Origin: Halobacteriovoraceae bacterium
GTDB lineage: Bacteria > Bdellovibrionota > Bacteriovoracia > Bacteriovoracales > Bacteriovoracaceae
DNA: 64,000 nt
Direction of reading: 5' to 3'
Assembly: GCA_963719505.1 (NCBI GenBank)
Contig: CAVRCF010000002.1
Span: 128,001-192,000, forward strand
In this document: positions 49,589 to 58,891 of the stretch, one piece after another
Layout: each line of letters starts with the position of its first letter
Numbering within the stretch: position 1 is the first letter of the stretch
The notes under the pieces: generated by a model
What the model saw: only the letters and a program-made list of their open reading frames with translations
Databases searched by the model: none
What the model was told of the DNA's origin: nothing
Translations under genes and position numbers: made by a program

Positions 49589-50206
49589 TTATTGTAGTTT
49601 CAATTCTTTTAGTGCAGATAGAAGAATCTTCTCATTCATACGCACTTTATAATTTGGATTCACGTAGTTAAAATGAATCAGTCCTTCGGTGTCGATGATA
49701 TAGATGGCAGGGATTGGAAGGGAGAAGTGACTTCTTCCACTTGCCGCCTCGAGATCAATTCCATAGCTTTTGTATTTCTCTCTGGTCTCTTTATCCACTT
49801 TGAAAGTGAGATTAAAATGTTTCGCTAAAACGAGATCACTATCGGAGACCACCGTGTAGTCGAGCTTCTCTTTTTTCACCGTCTCTTGAAACTTAGAAAC
49901 TTTATCCGGGCTAACGGCAATTAACGTATAACCCAGCTTCTTTATATCTTTAGTAATCTTTCTGAGTCTCGCTAGTTGCTTATTACAATAAGGACACCAT
50001 CCGCCTCTATAAAAAACCACAACCATGGGCTTATCTTGTGCCACTGATTTAAGTGTGACTTTCTCTCCATCTGTATTTGTCACCATCAGTGATTGATCCA
50101 CAGATTGGCCATTCATCAAAGGTGCTGTGAGGTTTTGCTTTTGCATATTGTGAGAGGCACAGGAGATAAAGGTGAGGGATAAAAGAGCTAAAAGAGCGAT
50201 TTTCAT
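49589..50206 (-). CDS. AhpC/TSA peroxiredoxin-like lipoprotein
   Basis: FYRGGWCPYC; lipobox ISC. Confidence 0.88.
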   Translation of the reverse strand: MKIALLALLSLTFISCASHNMQKQNLTAPLMNGQSVDQSLMVTNTDGEKVTLKSVAQDKPMVVVFYRGGWCPYCNKQLARLRKITKDIKKLGYTLIAVSPDKVSKFQETVKKEKLDYTVVSDSDLVLAKHFNLTFKVDKETREKYKSYGIDLEAASGRSHFSLPIPAIYIIDTEGLIHFNYVNPNYKVRMNEKILLSALKELKLQ

Positions 50207-50354
50207 AATTAATTCCTTGGTTAGTTTTTATATAAGTGACATTAAGATTTCTTTCATTACAAAGCAACTGATTGATTTTGCGTATTTAATTTTTCTTAAG
50301 GTTGAGAGCCTTGCATCATTCTATGCTAATATATACTTCATAACTGGAGTTAAA

Positions 50355-50675
50355 ATGAAAGAAATTGTATTGATCGATGATGATGAGCTCATACACTTGT
50401 CTTGGAAGATGGAAGCGAAGAGAAGAGATGTAAAGTTACACTGTTTTCTATCAATTGAGGATTTTATAAAAAACGCTCAAAGCTTTTCTAAAAAGACGAA
50501 AGTTTTTATTGATATAAATTTGGGGAATGATGTTAGAGGTGATGTCGCATCAGAAGAGATTTTTAAATTAGGTTTTTTGAATTTGTTTTTAGCTTCTGGA
50601 TTCAGTGAAAGTGAAGTCTCTAAACCGTCCTGGATTAAAGATTTTTCAGGAAAGAGATTTCCCGAAAGTGTTTAA
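50355..50675 (+). CDS. Single-domain response regulator (receiver)
   Basis: GGAG RBS; IVLIDDD, FIDINLG, ASG, GK. Confidence 0.8.
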   Translation: MKEIVLIDDDELIHLSWKMEAKRRDVKLHCFLSIEDFIKNAQSFSKKTKVFIDINLGNDVRGDVASEEIFKLGFLNLFLASGFSESEVSKPSWIKDFSGKRFPESV

Positions 50676-50759
50676 AAAGTATACAGGACTATAATATTTT
50701 GTTGAATCCCAGCTACTATGTCCGGTTAATATCCCAGCGATTATGTCCTACCTTGTGTG

Positions 50760-51905
50760 TCATATTGCTCGCTTTTTATAGTCATAAATCCTCTTTGTGT
50801 TGAACACTATTGGATATATTTCTTTACCCATAATATCAAAGCTCTGACTGCCATCAAGATGGGTATTTATATTCACTTCGCGACCTCGATAGCAAAACTT
50901 TTCGTCTATCAACCAAGTAATTGCTTTGAAAGAAAATACGTTTCCAACTCCAATTTTTCTTCTCTCTTTTTTACAAAAAACTCTGTCTAAATTTCCAAAA
51001 ACATTTTTCCTGTAAGCTGTATCGAAGCTTTGCGACTCTACCGAGAACTGCTTATTAAAAGCTTCTATAAAAGTTGTTCTCAAATAGTCATTTGCCTCTT
51101 CCAAAGTTTCTATTTTATAAAACGAAAGCTCCGCTACCAGTCGATCTTGTAGAGTCCTAAAGAGACGCTCTACTCGTCCTTTAGCTTGTGGAGAGCTTGC
51201 AAGAATTAAGTTAATATTAACCTGATCAAAGGCTCTTGAGATCTGAGATTCCCAGTCTCGATCTACCTTTCCATAAATCCCTGCTTGATCCATGTAGAAG
51301 GCTTCTGGAATTCCATTTTTATCAATTACTTCCTTGATAACTTTCATCGAATGCATCGACTTCTCTCCATAAAAAAACTCTGCTGCTAAAATCTTTCCGG
51401 TTGCATCGTCGATTGCTGCAATTAAGTCCGATTTGTGATTACCAAACCAAGGGTGATGACTTCCATCGAACTGCACGAGCATACCTTCTTGAGGGACTCT
51501 GGCTCTAGGCTTGAAAGATCTTCTCTTCGCTCTTCTTGGAGCTTTTACAAGATTGTGTTTAGTTGCAATTCGATGAAGTGAAGACTTTGAAATTTTAATG
51601 TTTTCATTTTTAATTAACATTTCGTTAAAGTGAGTGAGATTAAATCCAACATACTTATAAGTTAGAAGATCTACGATCAAAGCTTCTAGTCTTTCAGAAG
51701 TTTTATTTACTGGAGCAACACCAGAATTTTTATGTATGACTCCTATGAAGTCATGAGTCTCAACATTCTTAATAATACGTTGAGACTGGCGATATGACTT
51801 TTTAGATATGATGGAAAATTCTTTAATAGAAATTTTTCCGGCTAAGACTTCACAGGCGAGTCTATAAAGCTTCATTTGTTTAGCATCCATGCTTATTTTT
51901 CCCAT
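50760..51905 (-). CDS. ISNCY/IS1202-type DDE transposase
   Basis: QFDGSHHPW, IDDATG, YMD, SPQAKGRVERLFRTLQDRL. Confidence 0.92.
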   Translation of the reverse strand: MGKISMDAKQMKLYRLACEVLAGKISIKEFSIISKKSYRQSQRIIKNVETHDFIGVIHKNSGVAPVNKTSERLEALIVDLLTYKYVGFNLTHFNEMLIKNENIKISKSSLHRIATKHNLVKAPRRAKRRSFKPRARVPQEGMLVQFDGSHHPWFGNHKSDLIAAIDDATGKILAAEFFYGEKSMHSMKVIKEVIDKNGIPEAFYMDQAGIYGKVDRDWESQISRAFDQVNINLILASSPQAKGRVERLFRTLQDRLVAELSFYKIETLEEANDYLRTTFIEAFNKQFSVESQSFDTAYRKNVFGNLDRVFCKKERRKIGVGNVFSFKAITWLIDEKFCYRGREVNINTHLDGSQSFDIMGKEIYPIVFNTKRIYDYKKRAI

Positions 51906-51993
51906 TTAACACCTCAGGTTTGATTACCTGAGTATTGTAATATTAATGCGTTAAGTAGGACATTTTCGCTGGGAAATAAGGATAGGACATAAT

Positions 51994-53743
51994 GTAACTG
52001 CTCAATAAAGTGTTCTTCAAATCTTTAAAAATATTTATTTTGAACTAAACATCAGAAATTGTTTGGCCATCCATCTCTTTTTTGTAAATATATCTCCATG
52101 GCATTTGATGAATTAAAAAACATGGCAATGGGATGGGTAAATACTTGGAATAAAGGCAAACTCAAAAGAAAGTTAAAAGAGACTGCTCAGCGTGCTGTAG
52201 ACCTTACTATAGAAAATTCAGAGTTGGAAAAAAAGAATAGTGAACTCATAGATGAAGTTCGTCGTCTCAAAGGTGAAAAAGAAAAACCTAAAATAAAGCC
52301 AACAAATACTAGTGACCTAAATCCACCTCCGAAGAAAGAACATAAGAAAAAGTCTAAAAAGAAAGATATCGAAGTTGATGAAGAGATTGAAATTTCTCCA
52401 GATAAAAATGAACTCCCTAAAGACGCTAAATTCATCGGTTCTAGAGATGTTGTGGTCCAAGAAATAGTATTTAATCGCAGAAATATAAAATTCTCTATTA
52501 AGAGATATTACTCTGAAAGTCTTAGTAGAGTTATCGAAGGTGAGATACCTTCAGGTTTCAAGGGCCATCAGTTTGGTCCTAAACTTCGGGCCCACATTCT
52601 TTATTTGAATTACAAATTAAGAGTTCCCCACGAAAAGATTAGAGAAATGCTCTCTGAGCTAAAAATTGATATTAGTGCTGGAACTATAAATTCAATTCTA
52701 AATAACCTGACTGATGACTTTCAGGTTGATCTGGAATCCGCAAGACATGCAGGACTAAAAAGAGATTCGAAAGTTCATATCGATGATACTGGGGCGAAAG
52801 TTAATGGAGTAAAAGCTTACACATTTGGAGTAAGCCATAAGTACTTTACTAGCTTCACTACGAGTTTTGAAAAGAATCGTTGGGCATCGGTGGGAGCACT
52901 CTTTGGAGGTGAGCAAAGGTTTATTTTCGATAGAGCTGCAATTGATTTTATTGGTAAGAAACTAAAACGTCCCAAGGTTACAGTATTTTTTAACCTTCTA
53001 GAAAAGAAGATAAGTTTTAGTCGAGAAGAATTAGAGGTCTTTTTTGAAGATTCGACTTTCTCAGATGTAACTAAAAAACAAAAAGATATCGTTAGAACTG
53101 CTGGTGCACTTAGTTATGCGAACTCTAGAGCGAATGGACCACCAATAAGATTTTTAATCTCAGATGAAGGGACAAATTTTAATGGGCTTCATAGGAACCA
53201 TCAGCTTTGTTGGGTGCATGAGATTCGTAAATATAAGCTATGTGAGGTTTTCAAAAGAATAGAGAGTGAAACCCTTGAGAAATTGGTTCGTCAGTGGAGA
53301 GCTTTTTATAAGCTCATGAAGAGGTACAGGAATAATCCTGACACCGTTAAGAGAATACAGATTCGATCAGAATTTGAGAGGATCACGTCTTTAAAAACAT
53401 TAGTTAAACCACTGGATGCACAGCTTGGAAGAACAAGAAAGAATAGAGATAAACTTTTACTATTTTTGAAATACCCACAACTTCCTCTGGATAATAACCT
53501 TTGCGAAAGAGACCTTCGAGAACGAGTGATAAAAAGAAAAATCTCACTTCAAAACCGCTCATTGAAAGGAATGAAGTCTTGGGACTTGATGCTTTCACTG
53601 GCCTCAACTTGTAGAAAAATAAATTTGAGTTTTTGGCGATATTTAGAAGATCGAATCTCCCAACGAGAAGAAATTCCATACCTGGGCAAGCTAGTTCAAG
53701 CTATTTAAATCCTATAAATTTAAACACAATATTGAGCAGTTAC
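51994..53743 (+). mobile_element. IS66-family element (single-ORF, ISBst12-like), copy 1, 1750 bp
   Basis: TIR GTAACTGCTCAATA/TATTGAGCAGTTAC; 8-bp TSD GACATAAT (51986-51993 and 53744-53751). Confidence 0.92.
52059..53708 (+). CDS. IS66-family transposase (true start may be a downstream ATG)
   Basis: FGPKL, HIDDTG, ISD, QLCWVHE.R, DNNLCERDLR. Confidence 0.92.
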   Translation: MFGHPSLFCKYISMAFDELKNMAMGWVNTWNKGKLKRKLKETAQRAVDLTIENSELEKKNSELIDEVRRLKGEKEKPKIKPTNTSDLNPPPKKEHKKKSKKKDIEVDEEIEISPDKNELPKDAKFIGSRDVVVQEIVFNRRNIKFSIKRYYSESLSRVIEGEIPSGFKGHQFGPKLRAHILYLNYKLRVPHEKIREMLSELKIDISAGTINSILNNLTDDFQVDLESARHAGLKRDSKVHIDDTGAKVNGVKAYTFGVSHKYFTSFTTSFEKNRWASVGALFGGEQRFIFDRAAIDFIGKKLKRPKVTVFFNLLEKKISFSREELEVFFEDSTFSDVTKKQKDIVRTAGALSYANSRANGPPIRFLISDEGTNFNGLHRNHQLCWVHEIRKYKLCEVFKRIESETLEKLVRQWRAFYKLMKRYRNNPDTVKRIQIRSEFERITSLKTLVKPLDAQLGRTRKNRDKLLLFLKYPQLPLDNNLCERDLRERVIKRKISLQNRSLKGMKSWDLMLSLASTCRKINLSFWRYLEDRISQREEIPYLGKLVQAI

Positions 53744-53837
53744 GACATAATTGTCGAATCTTTATACAGGACTATAATATTTTCCAGTTTCCATAACTTC
53801 TTTTGAAAAATTGTTAGTATTTTAACAAGGAGTTTAT

Positions 53838-54452
53838 ATGAATACTTTGACGCTTTTTCAAGAGCGATTCTCTATTGGAGAGATCTTTCCTGACTTTTCA
53901 ACTTTAAAGAAGAGTATCAACTTACCTTTCGTGATAGGTAGCCATTGGTATGCTTTTTCAAAATTTATGCCTGAATTTCTACTTGAAATGTCCCACAAAA
54001 CTAGTTGTATGTTTACCAAAACGAAGCTTATCTCTATATGCAATGAGGAACTTGGAGATGGGGATATTAAATCTAATCACGCTGAGCTCTTTTATAAAGC
54101 CCTTAAGGAGAATGAAATATCCTTGAATAGGGAAGCCTATCCTGACTCATTGAACTTCTTGAGAGAACAAATTACATCTGAGAAATCCAAGTTTTTCCTT
54201 CTAGGGTTGCATTTAGGACTGGAGATCATAGCCAATGAAAATATCGAGGCATTAGCCGACGGACTTGGCAAAAAACGAGAACTACAAGAGTCTTTATTCT
54301 TTAAAATACATATGGTTAATGAAGACATACATATTCAAAAGTGTCTTGATAACTTTAAGTTAGCAAAGTCCTCAGTTGAAAAAGAGCTTTTTTTACAAGG
54401 ATTTGATACGGGGTTGAAATTTTGGTCTTTATTTTGGCAGGGATTAAATTAG
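53838..54452 (+). CDS. Heme-oxygenase-like diiron oxidase (HDO; CADD/TenA/PqqC fold)
   Basis: NEELG...H, LGLE and H-x3-E-x2-H (HMVNEDIH) metal-ligand pattern; AAGGAG RBS. Confidence 0.75.
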   Translation: MNTLTLFQERFSIGEIFPDFSTLKKSINLPFVIGSHWYAFSKFMPEFLLEMSHKTSCMFTKTKLISICNEELGDGDIKSNHAELFYKALKENEISLNREAYPDSLNFLREQITSEKSKFFLLGLHLGLEIIANENIEALADGLGKKRELQESLFFKIHMVNEDIHIQKCLDNFKLAKSSVEKELFLQGFDTGLKFWSLFWQGLN

Positions 54453-54453
54453 T

Positions 54454-55695
54454 ATGACCCAGAAACTTCGTCTCACACAATCTATACCACTAGGAATCGG
54501 TTCTATATTGGGGTCGGGAGTGCTTTTCCTACCATCTTTGACCTATAAAGTTGCTTTAAATGATGTATTAATTTCTTGGCTTTTAATAATAGCGTTGTGC
54601 ATACCAGGTATTTTGTTCTTTTCAGAGATGCTTGAAGGTGTTGATAAAGATAATTCGAGTATGTCAGACTTAGTTTCTCTGGGACTTGGTAAGCATATAG
54701 CTCATAGTACACATGTGATATTACTAGGGACTGTAATCTTTGGAATGCCTTCTGCTGCTATAATTGCTGGCAATTATATGGCAAAAGCATTTTCTGTCGA
54801 TTCCTTTACAGTCCTTGTGCCATTCCTAATTTTATTAATTAGTTTTGTTGTTTGTTACAGGGGGGTGAAAGCTAGCTCTCGTGTAGCATCGGTAATAACC
54901 ATAATTCTTTTGATTATTGCTACATACCTGATAGTAACTACATTTAGACCTCTAGAAAGTTATCAAGCAATTAAGCCTTCATTTAATTTGGGGAATATAT
55001 ACGAAGGTGCGGTATTAGCCTTTTGGGCTTTTGCAGGCTTTGAAAATCTGACCTTCTTATATGATAAATTCGAAAAACCTAGAAGAGATTTAATTTTGAC
55101 AATAGCGATCTCAGTCATTTTTTGTGGATTAATCTATATCTTCCTTGTGTGTAATTACGCAGCTTTAGTGCCTGTTGGAAATATCGATGATACCGTAGGA
55201 CTACTGCAGCTCACAGGAAATGGAGAAGGTCATTTATCATTGATTTATGTAATTGGTGGATTTGCGTTGTTCTCTGTCATTATTAACTTTTTATCTTGGA
55301 CTTCAGGTATTGAGTCTCTCATTGTGAAATCTGTTAGAAAAGGGATACTAAAAAAGGAACTAGTATATATTTTCGCCACTGAAAAATCCCCCCTTATTGT
55401 ACTGTTCTGTGTTTTTGCATTCAATACTGGAGTTGGACTTGCTTCACCTGATGCCTTCAACAATATATTGAAGACAGTGAGCTCCAATTTTCTTATCCTT
55501 TATACAATGCTAGTTGCATCCTATGTTTTATATACTAAATCCAAAATTAAAAAGATAGTCAGTGGAGCCCTCTTGATTTTACTCCTTGTCACTATAAGTT
55601 CCTCTGGAAGTCTTTTAGTCTATCCCTTAATACTTTTTCTGTTCTCAGTGTTGTCATCTCTTAGAAATGAATTTTCAGAGGTTGCTGATGAATAG
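54454..55695 (+). CDS. APC-family amino-acid transporter, YjeH-like exporter
   Basis: GSILGSGVLFLP TM1, FWAFAGFE TM6, many hydrophobic segments. Confidence 0.85.
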   Translation: MTQKLRLTQSIPLGIGSILGSGVLFLPSLTYKVALNDVLISWLLIIALCIPGILFFSEMLEGVDKDNSSMSDLVSLGLGKHIAHSTHVILLGTVIFGMPSAAIIAGNYMAKAFSVDSFTVLVPFLILLISFVVCYRGVKASSRVASVITIILLIIATYLIVTTFRPLESYQAIKPSFNLGNIYEGAVLAFWAFAGFENLTFLYDKFEKPRRDLILTIAISVIFCGLIYIFLVCNYAALVPVGNIDDTVGLLQLTGNGEGHLSLIYVIGGFALFSVIINFLSWTSGIESLIVKSVRKGILKKELVYIFATEKSPLIVLFCVFAFNTGVGLASPDAFNNILKTVSSNFLILYTMLVASYVLYTKSKIKKIVSGALLILLLVTISSSGSLLVYPLILFLFSVLSSLRNEFSEVADE

Positions 55696-56692
55696 ATTAT
55701 TATCTCTTTTCCTTCTTCTTTCACTTCCTGTTTTCGCTAAGGATGATACTAAAGAGAAAGTATGTGTTTTTCTGAAAAAGACAAATGAATATAATTCATA
55801 CATAAAAAGGATGGAAAAAGTTTTCATCAGTTCTCTCGATGACAGTTTGTTTGATCAAGAAGTTTTTTATCATAAGTCTTCGATAGAATCCATAAAGCAG
55901 GTTGCTCAAAAAATATCCACAGATAGGTGTAAGTTCATTTGGGGGGGGATCTCGAGTTCAGATTCACTCAAACTCTTAAAACTTCTCCAGATGCCTAATA
56001 AGACTCTAATTACACCAACATCTAGTTCAATCGAACTTTCTAAACTTCAGAAAAATACTGTTTATATGACTCCTAACGATAATGAAGTTGCGGACTTAAT
56101 TTTTTCGAAGATAAAGAGAGAAGAAAAAGAGGTTATCGTCATTCAAAATGTTTCGTTCCCAAATACAAACGTCATTGGAGCTAAATTATTTGAATTATTT
56201 AAGAAAAATGGAAATAAAGTTAAAAGAATAAAGATCTTCAAACATACAAAAAATATTCTTTTTCCAGAGATAAAAGGTGAGCAGATTGTCGTTGTGCCAT
56301 CGTATGAAAGTGATTTAAATAAAGTTGTAAAGTCTTTGGGCAACGTCAAAGGTATCACTTTTGTTGGTATTGATGCGTGGGGGACGAATGAAAGCGTGTA
56401 CAAAAAATTTGCATCAGGAAGTAAAAACTTTAATTCGATTCGATTAGGTTACTGGAACAATAGAACTTGTGAAAGGAAAGAATTTCAGTCCATTTGTAAG
56501 AAACATTCTAAATACTTTTCAAAAGAGTTCGATTCTTTTATGGCGATTGCTTTTGATTCAGCAGTCTACCTTAACCAGCTAGAAGGCTCTTCAAAAGACT
56601 CCTTCATGGCTTATCAACCTTCGTCAATCTTTAGAAATGGGCATTTCTACTCTATATCAAGCAATGGTATTCAATATATGGAGACTAAGTGA
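55688..56692 (+). CDS. Periplasmic binding protein, type I (LivJ-like)
   Basis: Signal peptide; IWGGISSS, LITPTSSS..L, GIDAW, AFDS motifs. Confidence 0.75.
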   Translation: MNRLLSLFLLLSLPVFAKDDTKEKVCVFLKKTNEYNSYIKRMEKVFISSLDDSLFDQEVFYHKSSIESIKQVAQKISTDRCKFIWGGISSSDSLKLLKLLQMPNKTLITPTSSSIELSKLQKNTVYMTPNDNEVADLIFSKIKREEKEVIVIQNVSFPNTNVIGAKLFELFKKNGNKVKRIKIFKHTKNILFPEIKGEQIVVVPSYESDLNKVVKSLGNVKGITFVGIDAWGTNESVYKKFASGSKNFNSIRLGYWNNRTCERKEFQSICKKHSKYFSKEFDSFMAIAFDSAVYLNQLEGSSKDSFMAYQPSSIFRNGHFYSISSNGIQYMETK

Positions 56693-57933
56693 GAGAAACT
56701 GAGAAATTAAGACAAATTTTTTCAATTCTGTTTTGTAGCATCATGGTAATGTTATTTGTTACAATTTCAAGCTTTGTAGGCGAGCTTTATGAAGTTCATA
56801 AGAAAGAAAAAGAGCTAATAATAAAAAAGATAACCGAATCGCTTGAAATAAATACTGTAGATCTACAAGAAGAGGTTTACATGGGACAGTTTGAGTCTAC
56901 AAAACTAAGAATTGAGAGCATTTTAGATTCACTTGGAGTAGAAAAATCTCAGATTGGGATAATTTCAAATGGGAAATGCATAAACCTTTCAGCTAATTCA
57001 GAATGTAAAAATGAACTTTTACAATATAAAAAATTGAAAACTAAAACTTTAAATGTCCAAAAGACTGGAAGTTTTTCAATCTTCTCTATGCCAATTATGC
57101 TCTTTAATAAAATAGAAAATATTATTTTAATTAAGATCTCTAATGAATATACTTCTGTTAACAGGCTTGAGTATATCTTGACTCAAATACTACCTTTGCT
57201 ACTGCTCTTTGTTGGTTGGTTCTGTTTGTATCGATACGTTGAAGCAAATGTGATTACTCCTCAAATTAATAAAATTGCAGAGTTTGAATCAAATAAAAAG
57301 TTTCACGATAGGATGATTCTAGTTGCCCATGACTTGAGAGCTCCAGTATCTTTTATAACTCAGGTTGTTGATAGACTTGAACAGAGTGATGAAAGAGAGT
57401 TGTTGTCGATGAGTTCTACCAGGATAAATGATATCGTCGAAAACTGTCTCGAAGATATCAAAATTGCAAAGAATAATGATCGAATTTTCTGTCTAGAGAG
57501 TGAAGTATCAAATTTGGTATGTGAATTTATGAACCGTTTTAAATCCGTTGAAATAAAACTTAAAAATTCGATGAGTAAAAAAGTTTATCTTTCAAATATA
57601 CATAAACAAAACCTTGTAAGATCTATGTCAAATTTAATTTCTAATGCTATTGAGTCCCAATCATTTCTCGGTATAGTAACAATTGATATGGAAAGTTTGA
57701 ATAGTTACATAAATATTGTGATCTCCGATGATGGATGCGGAGTTCCTGTTGAAATACAGGACAAAGTATTAAGTGGTTTTTCAACTAAGGAAAAAGGTAA
57801 CGGTCTGGGGCTTTCCTCTGCATTGAGTTGGGCGGAATCTGTCGAAGGCTCGCTCAAATTTGTTAAAAAAAGTAAAGGTGCTTCTCTTAAGTTAAGTCTT
57901 CCACTTTCACTTTTTCAAGCGAGAATGTCATGA
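56689..57933 (+). CDS. Membrane sensor histidine kinase
   Basis: Two TMs; AHDLRAP, NLISNAIE, DDGCG, GNGLGL. Confidence 0.9.
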   Translation: MRETEKLRQIFSILFCSIMVMLFVTISSFVGELYEVHKKEKELIIKKITESLEINTVDLQEEVYMGQFESTKLRIESILDSLGVEKSQIGIISNGKCINLSANSECKNELLQYKKLKTKTLNVQKTGSFSIFSMPIMLFNKIENIILIKISNEYTSVNRLEYILTQILPLLLLFVGWFCLYRYVEANVITPQINKIAEFESNKKFHDRMILVAHDLRAPVSFITQVVDRLEQSDERELLSMSSTRINDIVENCLEDIKIAKNNDRIFCLESEVSNLVCEFMNRFKSVEIKLKNSMSKKVYLSNIHKQNLVRSMSNLISNAIESQSFLGIVTIDMESLNSYINIVISDDGCGVPVEIQDKVLSGFSTKEKGNGLGLSSALSWAESVEGSLKFVKKSKGASLKLSLPLSLFQARMS

Positions 57934-58571
57934 TCGCTGTGTTAAAACAAAGGTTACACAAGTACTACCGAAAATCTAAGCTTGATAGGAACGAGGAGTT
58001 AACAGAGTACTACTTCGGTTATGGCGCAAATCTAGATTTTAATAGATTTAGGAAGCTTGGTATCAATGCGCAAGAAATAGGGAGCGGTCGTTTATTAAGC
58101 CATAAGATCAACTTTTCGCTGGCAACTGAGTATTTGGGTAAGAGCTATGCCGGTGTCCATCAAAGCGATAAAGATTTTGTTCCAGGAGTTGTTGTTAAAA
58201 TGAGTCCAAAATCTCTAAACTATCTAGATAGCTTGGAGTGGTGTGGGTTCGGTGCCTACGAAAGAGAAATGAAAAAGATTGAAATAGGAGGGAAGATTAT
58301 TGATTGCTGGGTTTATATTGTTAAGAATCCTGACTTCAAGAGGCTCCCATCGAAGATATATTTAGAAAATATGATTAAAGCAGCAAAGAAAAAGGAGTTT
58401 CCTGATAGTTATGTCGCGATGCTGGAAGCCCAAGCTTTTGGAGAACACTTTCCGATAGATCATACTTTCTCTTTAGTTACTTATTCTTCTTCAAGACCAA
58501 AAAGTAAGGTCTTGAGACCTTTTTTGATTGTTCACGATAAACTCAGAGACAAGCTTTGTTCACTAATTTGA
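57930..58571 (+). CDS. Gamma-glutamylcyclotransferase family protein
   Basis: YFGYGANL, V.GVV, LDSLE...Y.R, PSKIYL. Confidence 0.85.
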   Translation: MIAVLKQRLHKYYRKSKLDRNEELTEYYFGYGANLDFNRFRKLGINAQEIGSGRLLSHKINFSLATEYLGKSYAGVHQSDKDFVPGVVVKMSPKSLNYLDSLEWCGFGAYEREMKKIEIGGKIIDCWVYIVKNPDFKRLPSKIYLENMIKAAKKKEFPDSYVAMLEAQAFGEHFPIDHTFSLVTYSSSRPKSKVLRPFLIVHDKLRDKLCSLI

Positions 58572-58636
58572 ATCTCCTCCAAACTTAATTAAAATTAATT
58601 TCTTGGTGTTAAAATAAAATATTGTAACATTTAACG

Positions 58637-58825
58637 ATGAATCATCTTGTTGACTTAAAAGTAGTTAGAGGGGAAGAAATTGAACCTTATCTGCTGGATA
58701 TTGCAAATCTAAGAATCTCTCTGTTTAAAAATTATCCATACCTGTCCACTGGCTACTCAAAAGAAGATATCGATAAACCGGACTGGATTCTTGATATCGT
58801 AGGGAAAAGGGCCGACTTCTCTTAA
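58637..58825 (+). pseudogene. Chimeric remnant: GNAT-like N-terminus fused to a receiver C-terminus
   Basis: DIANLRISLFKNYPYL followed by STGYSKEDIDKPDWILDIVGKR, similar to ASGFSESEVSKPSWIKDFSGKR of 50355-50675. Confidence 0.6.
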
Positions 58826-58891
58826 ATTTTGACTCCCATTGATAAGATTGCTCTCTTGAGCAAAATAATTTTGCCAGTTATGATTATACCT

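Larger units (their letters stand above)
50700..53768 (-). mobile_element. IS1202/ISNCY-type insertion sequence with long target duplication, carrying a nested IS66-type element in its left end
   Basis: Ends TGT...ACA; subterminal TCCCAGC-N4-ATGTCC boxes at both ends; flanking direct repeat GGACTATAATATTT (50686-50699 and 53769-53782; identity extends to 21 bp, so the exact boundary is uncertain). Confidence 0.8.

Noticed and set aside
50172-50354. N-terminal extension of the receiver ORF
   Set aside because: Overlaps the divergent gene start; the RBS and receiver domain begin at ATG 50355.
50660-50700. dif/xrs site as the IS1202-type target
   Set aside because: No XerD arm (TTATGTTAAAT-like) visible, and the long duplication does not fit the short-DR xrs-targeting subgroup.
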